Source of the DNA: Candidatus Saccharimonadota bacterium
GTDB lineage: Bacteria; Patescibacteriota; Gracilibacteria; Absconditabacterales; Absconditicoccaceae
DNA length: 32,000 nt
Assembly (NCBI GenBank): GCA_000503875.1
Contig: CP006913.1
Span: 30,001 to 62,000 of the forward strand
Direction: 5' to 3'
Part shown: in pieces, positions 10,927 through 19,917 of the stretch
Numbering within the stretch: position 1 is the stretch's first letter
Layout: each line of letters opens with the position of its first letter
The notes under the pieces: generated by a model
What the model saw: only the letters and a program-made list of their open reading frames with translations
Database searches by the model: none
Told to the model about the DNA's origin: nothing
Program-made: the position numbers and the translations under genes

Positions 10927-10967
10927 AAAAAAATCTGATACTCAATTACGAGATCAGATTTTTTTTG
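10927..10967. terminator. Bidirectional intrinsic terminator between convergent secY and the sdpI-like gene
   Basis: aaaaaaATCTGAT-actcaattacgag-ATCAGATttttttt. The stem arms are 10933-10939 and 10953-10959 and can be extended by A:T pairs. An A-run on the 5' side and a T-run on the 3' side would allow it to work on both strands. Confidence 0.7.
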
Positions 10968-10977
10968 AAAAAGAATT

Positions 10978-11628
10978 TTATTTATTTCCTCTCTTAAACA
11001 ACCAATATGAATATCCCATAGGAACGAGAACAACAATAATCATCGTGATAATAAAGGTAACGGCAATATATTTCAGAATAAATGCCTGTGCAAATAATAC
11101 TAATCCACCAAGTACCCACAACCATCAACTCAATCTATGCGTTTTATTCCAAACAGTTTCATCAGCGATAGTTCGTGGCGTTTTGACTCCTACAAAGAAA
11201 TTATGTTTTATTTTCCCCATATAATTTCCAAGTATAATGAAGAGAATTCCAAGTCATCCTAGCATAAGAGGGTTAATAGGATATTCAGGATGTAAGGTAA
11301 CAAGCAGGCTAATTCAATATGCATATGCCATAAAACTAATAAGTACAAATTGCATAATTTCTCGAACAGTTCCAAATTTTTCATAATTAGCTTTCTTTGG
11401 GTCTATTTTTGGTAAGAATCGAAATAAAACGATCATAGCCAAACAAATTAGCGGTATACCCAAAACACCCCCTAATTTTGATCAATAGTCATCGACCTGA
11501 CCTTGTAAGTTTCGGTGTCTTGGCATCTGTTCTGGAAGTTGATCATACACTGCTCGTCCTGTAAGGAGCATAGCGACAACTAGTCAAAGTTTAATTCCCA
11601 AAAAGGCGAAAGTTTTTTTACTTATCAT
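10978..11628 (-). CDS. SdpI/YhfL-family membrane protein (immunity/signalling partner of SdpR-like repressor)
   Basis: ATG 11628 overlaps the upstream gene by 11 nt. 216 aa through 5 TGA, with multiple hydrophobic segments. ...GNYMGKIKHNFFVGVKTPRTIADETVWNKTHRLS[G]WLW... matches the SdpI-family signature. Stop TAA 10978-10980. Invisible in the ORF track. Confidence 0.72.
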
Positions 11629-11887
11629 TGCGTTTATGATAGAGAGATAAAAAGTAATTCATAACTTCTTCGAAGACACTAGTATTGAGCGAATAAAACA
11701 CAAATTGTCCCTTTCTTTCATCGCTCACAAGATCTGCCTTTTTCAGTACAGAAAGGTGATGGGAGAGCGCTTCCTGCGTCACAGAGAAGTAGGTTTGAAG
11801 TTCTTTGACTGACATATCTTTGGTTTTCAAAAGCTCCAAAATCTGTCTTCTATTGGGATCAGATAATGCTTTAAACAGATTATTCAT
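11618..11887 (-). CDS. ArsR/SmtB-family transcriptional repressor, SdpR-like
   Basis: Intact track ORF. MNNLFKALSDPNRRQILELLKTKDMSVKELQTYFSVTQEALSHHLSVLKKADLV... is a winged HTH of the ArsR family. It is translationally coupled to the SdpI-like gene. Confidence 0.85.
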   Translation of the reverse strand: MNNLFKALSDPNRRQILELLKTKDMSVKELQTYFSVTQEALSHHLSVLKKADLVSDERKGQFVFYSLNTSVFEEVMNYFLSLYHKRNDK

Positions 11888-11900
11888 TGAACGTATAAAG

Positions 11901-11943
11901 ATATAAACGTTTGTTTATATAATAAAAAAAAAGAGAAATGCAA
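11901..11943 (-). promoter_or_regulatory. Putative promoter and palindromic operator of the sdpR-like operon
   Basis: Read on the minus strand: TTGCAT (11943-11938), 16 nt, TATATA (11921-11916). A perfect 8-bp inverted repeat ATATAAAC-gttt-GTTTATAT at 11901-11920 overlaps the -10. It lies 14 nt upstream of ATG 11887. Confidence 0.45.
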
Positions 11944-12015
11944 GCAGATTAGAGATTGTTTTTCTTCTCCTTTTTCCTACACTCAACATCGCTTTTTACA
12001 TAGTATGTGTTAGAT

Positions 12016-13566
12016 ATGAAATCACTTAACGGAATCAAAATAGAAAAAATAGGATATGGAGGGATCGGGCTGGCAAGAATGCCAGATGGCAAGAGAATCC
12101 TGATCAAGGGCTGAGCCCTCCCAGGCAACGTAGTTGATCTCAAAATCGTTAAACAAAAAAAAGACTACATCGAAGCTCATATTACAGAGATAGTAAGTTA
12201 TGATCCTGCAATTATTGATGGACAAGTTTTTTGTCCTCATTTTTTCTCATCACTTGAAAAGAAAGAACTTACAGATCAGGAAAAGACAACTATCGGGTGT
12301 GGAGGATGTAAACGACAAATGATGAGTTATGCAAATCAATTAAATCTCAAACAAGCGATTATCGAAGATGCATTTACCAAAATAAAAAGACTTGTTCCAG
12401 AGTTAGTTATTCTCCCTATTCTTGCTTCACCACAAGAAAAAAATTATAGAAACAAAATTGAATTCAGCTTTGGAAAATATGTAGTGAAACAAGATGATAA
12501 ATTAAATTTTTTATCAGATCGAAGCTTGGGATTTCACAAACAAGGAGAATTTAGCAAAATCGTAAATATTCACGAATGTGGATTGATTTCTGAAAAAGCA
12601 AATCAGCTATATGCATATATGAGAAATCTTTTACAATCATCAGAATTGCCAGTCTACGACCAGAAAACTCACAAAGGATTTTTGAGACATCTCGTTATCA
12701 GAGAAGGAATAAATACCCAACAAATATTAGTAAATCTCGTTGTTTCTGACCAATTTTTGGTTGCTGAAGATAAAAAAGCGCTTTGGGAGACATTACTACA
12801 TCACCTGCAAACGGACGAATATCTCAAACAAACCGTTACAACATTAGTTGTTACTTATAATAACTGACTCGCGGATATTACTCGCAGTCCAGAAAGTGAA
12901 ACCAAAATTATCACAGGAGAAGGCGTGATTTACGATAAACTTATCTTTCCACAACCTCAAGAAATCAATAAATCTGAATCATCTGAACAAACACATACGA
13001 TCGACGTTAGCTTTAGAATTTCACCATTCTCTTTCTTTCAAACGAATACGCTAGGAGCTCAGGTGCTTTTCCAAGCAGCAGCAACTATGGTAGGATATAC
13101 CAAAGGAACAATCTTAGATTTATATTGTGGAACAGGAAGTATTGGAATCAGTTTTCTCAAATTAGGAATGGGAGATAAATTGGTAGGAATAGAAATCGTA
13201 GAAGAGGCTATTGTCGATGCTCGACACAATGCCAAAATAAGTCTGGGGGATCAAGAGGTATTTTTCGCCGCTACTCCCGCAGAAAAAGCATTTACGACAG
13301 TACCAGAAATTACGCAGAAGCTTGCGGACCTATGACTAGTCGTCGTTGATCCTCCAAGAGATGGACTCCACAAAAACGTGATCACCACTTTAAGTGAACT
13401 CAAAAAAGAACATGACTTTAAACTGCTCTATATTTCATGTAATCCAGTAACGATGGCGAGAGATATCGAGCTTCTTTTGCAACAAGGTTTTGATCTTAAA
13501 CAAATCCAACCTGTCGACATGTTCCCTCAAACCCATCATATTGAGACTATTGGGATATTGGGATAG
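12016..13566 (+). CDS. rlmD: 23S rRNA (uracil-C5)-methyltransferase, RlmD/RumA family (TRAM + Fe-S + SAM MTase)
   Basis: ATG 12016, 516 aa through 3 TGA, joining track ORFs 12319, 12925 and 13378. N-terminal TRAM-like GYGGIGLARMPDGKRILIKG[G]ALPGNVV. Cys cluster CPHF...CGGCKRQ. ...FFQTN..., ILDLYCGTGSIG, L[G]LVVVDPPRDG and ...YISCNPVTMARD. Confidence 0.85.
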
Positions 13567-13858
13567 ATTAAGTTTGGAAAGAATCATAAACTATATTTGT
13601 TCTTTCGCAATAAAAAACAAATAAAATACATTCATCATTAAGGTTATATTATGTGTAAAATTACTATGTTATAACAATAAACAATATATAACCGTTCACT
13701 ATTACATTTTTTTAACGGCAAAAAACACAAACAAATAGGCAACGCTGTGTTTTTTATGCCTAAAAATGTAAGTGTTCACTTGTTATATATTTATTTATTC
13801 CTTTTATTGCTCGATTAATAAGTATAGAATAAATGATAATTTATATGTAATTCATAAG

Positions 13859-14443
13859 ATGGAAAGATACCAGCAAATTATGAACTTTATGAGAGAGATA
13901 GAAAAAATGAAATTAATAATCAGAATTTCAATTTTATCAGACCAAAAAACCCAGGAAGATGACACTCAACATAGTCGACATATGGCAATGATGTTAATGT
14001 GTTTAAAAGATGAAATGTGATTAGAATTTGATATGCTCAAAGCTATGAAAATGATCATGTTACATGATTTATGAGAGATATACGTCGGAGATTCATTTAT
14101 TGCTTTTGATAAAGAAGCAAAAAAGCTGAAAGATCAAAGAGAAAAAGAATCGCTAGAAAAAGTTTTATCATTGTTGCCAGATGATCTAAGTAGTGAATTT
14201 AGAAATTTAACAGATGAATATATCAAACACGAAACTATTGAAGCAAAAATAGTAAAGGCAATAGATCAACTCCAATATAAAATACAATATCTTGTTAGTT
14301 GATGACTTTATAAATGAAAAAATGTAGACATTGAACGATCGGCTGAGAAAGATTATGAATATGGAAGACCTAGAGTTGAATTCAACGAATATCTTCACGA
14401 TATGTTCAAAAAATTAGTCGCAGAAGCAAGACAGTATGATTAA
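13859..14443 (+). CDS. HD-domain phosphohydrolase (HD_3 / YfbR-like)
   Basis: ATG 13859, preferred over the track's GTG 13772. ...QEDDTQHSRHMAMMLMCL... and MIMLHDL[G]EIYVGD carry the H...HD...D metal-ligand pattern. Five TGA. Stop TAA 14441-14443. Confidence 0.7.
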
Positions 14444-14504
14444 CCTTGAATTCTTTTTTAAAATCATTACACCCATCAAGCTTTTATTTGATAAACAAAA
14501 AAAG

Positions 14505-15167
14505 ATGAGAAAATATCTTTTGATAGCAGGAATAGGATTATCTCTTGTTCTTGCATGATGTAGCAAAACAACTGCTCCAGTTGAAAATGATTCAACACCG
14601 AATACAGAAAGTTGAACACAAACCCAAGATTTATCTCTTAATAATCCAGAAATGTGTGCAAATGCAATTAAAGACCATTTAGCAAAAGCAGATCTTAAAG
14701 GAAAAGGAACAAAAACCGTTGAAAAAGGACATCAGATTGTTGTTCATTATGTAGGAAGATTGGATGAAGAAATAGTATTTGATACGAGTGTAGAAGATGT
14801 AGCCAAAGCGTGTGGAAAACATACGCCAGGAAGAAATTACAATGAAGGACTTGCCTTTACAGTAGGAGCTGGTCAGATGATAGCATGATTCGATAAAGGA
14901 GTAGAGGGTATGAAAATAGGACAAACTAAAACGGTAACAATTCCAGCAAAAGAAGCATACGGCGAATGGTCAAAAGATAATATTATTGAAGTGGAACGCA
15001 CGCAATTACCAGCTTGAGAATATCAAAAAGGAATGAAACTTATGAGTGCAATGGGACAACCATTTACTGTCTATGAAATAAAAGAAAAAACTGTGGTTCT
15101 TGATGCAAATCATGAATTAGCAGGAAAAGATTTGATATTTGATATCACTCTCGTAGAAATTAAATAA
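14505..15167 (+). CDS. FKBP-type peptidyl-prolyl cis-trans isomerase, predicted lipoprotein
   Basis: ATG 14505. MRKYLLIAGIGLSLVLA[G]CSKT is a signal peptide with lipobox L-A-G-C, where the Gly is TGA 14556-14558. FKBP core VHYVGRLDEEIVFDTS...FTVGAGQMIA[G]FDKGVEGMKIGQTKTVTIPAKEAYGE...LAGKDLIFDITLVEIK. Confidence 0.85.
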
Positions 15168-15169
15168 AT

Positions 15170-16276
15170 TTAAAAGATGATTGTAAAATCCCCAATGGAT
15201 GATGACTGTTCGTTGGTGGATTTTTTTATAAAAATTTTAACATTATAATCACCAACAAGTCCAATACCTTGTATAGTGAAAAAACTATCAGCCACAGGCC
15301 TAGGAAATGAGAATTGATATTCCAAAAAAGGATAAATATCATCATTTTGGGTACGAAGAAGATTAACAATTCCCATTCATAATTTAAGTCAGGTTATAGA
15401 TGGATTGCCATCTAAAATCGCATTAAAAGGACTATCTTTTACATCTTCAGCATTCAAAGAAAGAACATTATGCTCGGTAAGTATATTATAATAAACAAGT
15501 GGACTAAAATCATGGCCTCATCAAAAGTCTAGAAATCAAGTTTCATTAATAACTTTTTCTCTAATAGCAATATCCTGACTAGAGTCTACAATACCACCAC
15601 TATAATAAAGAATTGACATGGTAGGAACTATAGAAAATGGGACTCAATTAAAGTTTCAATCGAGAATCCAGTTTACCATAATATCATCTGAAATTCAATC
15701 TTCATCGGTATCGCAAGTATCACAAAGAGATTCCTCAAACTGCGCTCTTACTTTTGGAGGAAGCCTAAGAATTCAACTAAAAGATCAGCCAGAAAAATAA
15801 GATACGGAAGATATTCATGTATAGTATAAATGAGTTCATGTAGTATTATCTACACTCAAAATAATTTTTTCAGAAGTATAATAAGGAAGTTTGTTATAGT
15901 TTTTACTGTCAGTACCACTGGTTAAAAGATAATCTACATTTCCCTGTCATGATCAAGGAATTCTTGTTGTTCTAGAAGAAATTGTCCAAGCAAATCAATT
16001 ATTTGTAGCAGATAATAATCCAAAATTTCCCGTTAAAACATCGCTTTCTGGTCCAAAAGTAGTTCATTGCAAAAATCATCCAGATCATTCAAAGCCTGGT
16101 TGTTTATATTTTAAAATTAGATGAGCTCTTTCTACTCAAGCAAGTGCTCAATAATACGCACTATTGAAGTAAACAACATTTCCAATATTTTGCATAAATG
16201 GAGCAAAAACTGAGTAAATTGCACTCAGTATTCACATCATAATAGCCAATAATACAAGAATGAAAATGATAAACAC
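15170..16276 (-). CDS. Membrane-anchored/secreted hypothetical protein with PilX-N-like segment and Asp-rich Ca-binding-type motif
   Basis: A single frame runs from 16276 to TAA 15170-15172 through 21 TGA (verified line by line). N-terminal hydrophobic anchor FIIFILVLLAIMM[G]ILSAIYS, then NSAYY[G]ALA[G]VERAHL, which resembles the PilX_N pattern. CDTCDTDED[G]ISDD lies at 15683-15721. The start is uncertain (GTG 16276; see the A7 finding). The track shows only the last 68 aa. Confidence 0.6.
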
Positions 16277-16299
16277 TTTTTTTCATCAAAAGATAAAAA

Positions 16300-17652
16300 C
16301 TAATTTTTATGAATTAATATTTTTTTATATTGCCCATATACCAATCAAAACATTGCCATAAACGGATAAACAATCATTCTATCAACAAAACTATGAAGTA
16401 CAAGTCAACATATACCTAAGCCGAATATTCCCAATGATAAACTAAATAATACATATCCTAAATATCTTTGTTGCTTAGTTTCTTTTTCTTGAAAGCTCAT
16501 ACGCAATGATTTCCATCAAAGCCAAAGGAATCGCACATATAAGACCATCCAAGCTATAAATCAAAATATACCATATTCAATCCAAATTTGGAGAAATTGA
16601 TTTTCTGGATTATATTCTTTTCCTTCTCATAAGTGATGAGATGCGGGTCATGCTGTCCCTGGTCATTCTCCAAACCATGGGTGATCCTTTATTTTTTCCA
16701 AGGCGATTTGTAGGTTTTTTATATGTCATGTATTGGAAAATTGCCTATTTATAATTTGATCTCTTCCAAGATACGTTACTCATCAAAAAATAACAATAAT
16801 CGGAATACCCCCATATATCAAAGCCTTTTTCAGATCCTTTCTATATTCTATCAACAATAAAATTACTGTTTGGGTAATCCAGGCAATCCAGGCGGCTCTT
16901 GAAAATGTAGAAAGTACAGCTAATCCATAAAGACCTCATCCAAAAACAAAAGCTTTCCATCCTCTTCTTTTGATACACAAAACAAAGAACATCGGCCAAA
17001 AAGCGACCAAGAAAAATCATCGACTAATAGGTCTTTCAAACAGAAATTGGTTACGAACATATCCTTGATTATACTGTGAATAATAGGCTGCAGGTGGTGC
17101 AATGTTCATATCTCATTCGTAATTATATTGGTTATATCAAGCGAATTCTAATAATCTTGGAACGAAAAAAACAATAGCCCACCAAAATAAGCTTCATCGT
17201 AAAAGTCGTTTAATAACTTTACTATACCATCTTTCTAATGCATATTTTTGATCAAGAAATTCTCGAGAAAGTACCGAAAATACCAAAAAAATAACGAATC
17301 CAGTAATGCTATATCTAAGTGACATAACAGTCGCTCAAACTCAAGTTTGAGTTATTGCCAAACCGTTTAATATCGCAAGAAGTCCAAATCAAACAATAAA
17401 AACAACAAACCACTTGATAGAAAGATTGTTTAAAAGTTGTTTCCAAAAATGATGTTTTCGTGTTCGATATCCTATACCACCAACAAAAATCAGAATTATT
17501 ATTTCTTTCCACATCCAAATAATAGACCGTATTGGTCAATTTCGTCAGATTTTAAAACCAATAAATGTTTGTAGAAAAAATTGTAACAACAACCCAATAA
17601 AAAATATTTTGATCAGAATAAGTAATATATTTTGTAGCCTCTCTTTGTTCAT
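16300..17652 (-). CDS. O-antigen ligase / Wzy_C-family polytopic membrane protein
   Basis: ATG 17652, 450 aa through 20 TGA (verified line by line), stop TAG 16300-16302. Many TM segments. ...LSTFSRAAWIAWITQ..., ...IKDHPWFGE[G]PGTA[G]P... and ...NPENQFLQIWIEYGIF[G]FIAW... are Wzy_C hallmarks. Track ORFs 16920-17102 and 17315-17539 are in other frames and are rejected. Confidence 0.72.
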
Positions 17653-17677
17653 CACACAATGTCGAAAGAATAAAATA

Positions 17678-18733
17678 TTAGTTAGCTATTTGATAAAAGA
17701 TTGCAATCAATGTAATAGCAGCCAAAATTCACTGGAGCATCCAAGCTTTCATAACAATAGTTGCTTCAGAAATTCCTTTATGCTCTAGAAGATGATGAAG
17801 TGGCGCAGTAGCAAAAAGCTTTTTCTTACGATATTTTTTGGAAAGAATTTGTAAAAAACTTGATCCCGTATCTACTATAAAGAGTCCAAAAATAACTAAG
17901 AATGGAATAAAAATTCCCATTCTCATATTGAGAATATAGAGTAAACAAGAAAGTAATCATCCCAGTGCCAGTGCGCCACTATCTCCCATAAAAATTTTGG
18001 CGGGATTGATATTAAAAAACATAAACGCAATAAGCGAGGCAATTGTTATTCCGATAATCGTAGTTGCTAAATATGTCCCGTTAAAAAAGGTAACAACTGC
18101 CAATACGAACAAAATAATACTCATTAATCCTCATGCCAAACCATCTAGACCATCCGTTATATTTATAGCATTCACAATGCTTATTGTTATAAAAAACGTC
18201 AAAATAGGAAAAAAGATTCATAGGTTGATTTTGCCGGCAATAGGCCAAAGATTGACATAATCTACGCCAAGTTTAGCGTAAAACCATCGACTAATAAAAC
18301 CAGCAAACAAAAACATTCCAATTAATTTTGCTTTTGCACTAAGTCATTTTATTTTTCATTTTCCTCTAATATTGAGAAAGTCATCAATAATTCAAATGAG
18401 TCCCATACTAAAAAATCCAAATAGCAAAATATATGTTTCAGATCTTGTAATAAGAGAGTATGTTGTTCGACCTTTTCGTTTAAGAAAAACTGATATTATC
18501 AGCATAATACCCATAATCAAAAGGAATAATCAGCCTCACATAGTAGGAGTACCTTCCTTGTGTTTATGCAGATTTGAAAAAATAGGAGAACCATCTCCTG
18601 TAACCGAAGCCTCGCGTATTTTTTGTCCAGCTTTGAATTTTTTCAAAAGATGAATATAGATAGGATAGAGTATAATTGCCAAAAAAAACGCTCCAAGTCA
18701 AAATAAAATAATCTGGTTAAGTTTAAGTAACAT
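17678..18733 (-). CDS. mraY: Phospho-N-acetylmuramoyl-pentapeptide transferase
   Basis: ATG 18733, 351 aa through 10 TGA. HKHKEGTPTM[G]G[G]L with TGA at 18536-18538 and 18530-18532. IIDDFLNIRGK[G]KIK[G]LSAKAK, VNAINITDGLDGLA[G]G, FMGDSGALALG[G] and APLHHLLEHKG. Stop TAA 17678-17680. Confidence 0.9.
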
Positions 18734-18879
18734 TACAAAAAATACGAGCTAAACAATAGAAGAGTATGGAATACGAGCAAGGATTCAAGAGTTTTTAAAA
18801 CAACTTTCTTATTTTTTGCTTGTCTTGTTTTCTTGCTAAAAATCACTAAAAACGCTCTATTTATTCTTCATTCTTTCTT

Positions 18880-19917
18880 ATGGATATAAAAGCATTTAAA
18901 GAAACCTTTGATCCAATACTCAAAGATTATGTAGATATTAAAACCAACCAAGCAAAAGCATTGCTCAATGATGAAAGATTAAATAGTTATATCGATTATA
19001 TTCAGGATTTTTTATTTTCTGGAGGAAAAAGAATTAGACCATATGTGATGCGACTTACCTATAGATGATTTGGAGGAAAGTCTGATGAAGATGCAATGAA
19101 ATTTGCAATTGTTTTTGAATTACTTCATAGTATGGCGTTGATTCATGATGATGTGATAGACCAAGCTGATAAGAGACATAATATTCCTAGTATGCACAAA
19201 TATATAGCAACAAAACTTATTGATGAGAAATGACGTGTATGAGAGAGCCAAGCAATCTTGATCTGAGATCTTATTTTTTCACGAGTGTACGAGCTTAGTA
19301 ATAAAGAACATAATTTTCCCTCAACGCTTCTCACCAAGGCAAGAGAAAATCTCCACAGTATGATAGAAGAAGTAATTTTGGGACAAATGATAGATGTAGA
19401 TATGATGGCCCAGGAATCAGCTCCTTATGAACTTATAGAAAAAAAGAATTATTACAAAACTGCATCATATACGTTTATTAGGCCAATGTTAACTTGAGCA
19501 ATTCTTGCTGATGCAGATCAAGAAAGCCAAAATTTAATTATTGATCTAGGAAAATATCTATGATTAGCATTTCAACTCAGAGATGATATGATGGATATAA
19601 CGTTCTGAGATCCTACAAAATCTCCATTCTCAGATATCCAAGAAGGACAACAAACATATTTTACTAATTATATTTTTACTCATTGAACTGATCAACAAAA
19701 AAAGATACTCTATAATTCAATGGGAAAAAGGCTAAGTACTGATCAAATACAAGATTTACAAAAGATGTTTGAAGAAAGTTGAGCACTTATTCAATGAGAA
19801 AAATTATTGCAAGAATATTCAGAAAAATCTTCTACAATATTAGAAAAAATCTCATTCGAAAATACTTTAGCAAAAGAATGATTTATAATGCTGATCAAGA
19901 AGATTGCAAAGATTTAG
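18880..19917 (+). CDS. trans-Polyprenyl diphosphate synthase (IspA/GGPPS family)
   Basis: ATG 18880, 345 aa through 11 TGA. GGKRIRPYV, first Asp-rich motif LLHSMALIHDDVID, ILI[G]DLIF, second motif L[G]LAFQLRDDMMD, ...DIQEGQQTYF. Stop TAG 19915-19917. Confidence 0.85.

Noticed and set aside
16920-17539. Track ORFs 16920-17102 (-) and 17315-17539 (-), which lie on the coding strand inside the Wzy_C gene
   Set aside because: Both are out of frame with the 450-aa reading frame, which carries continuous TM segments and Wzy_C motifs from 17652 to 16300. Their translations look random and Cys- or Asn-rich.
17997-18653. Plus-strand track ORFs 17997-18260 and 18372-18653
   Set aside because: They are antisense to mraY, whose minus-strand translation matches every MraY signature motif. 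The same reasoning rejects 15618-15800 (+), 11949-12240 (-), 14207-14398 (-), 14679-14924 (-), 21928-22212 (+), 23242-23511 (-) and 23698-23901 (-). It also rejects 24737-25279 (-), 26300-26500 (+), 27088-27297 (+), 27962-28259, 29593-29775 (+), 29804-30046 (-) and 30210-30633.
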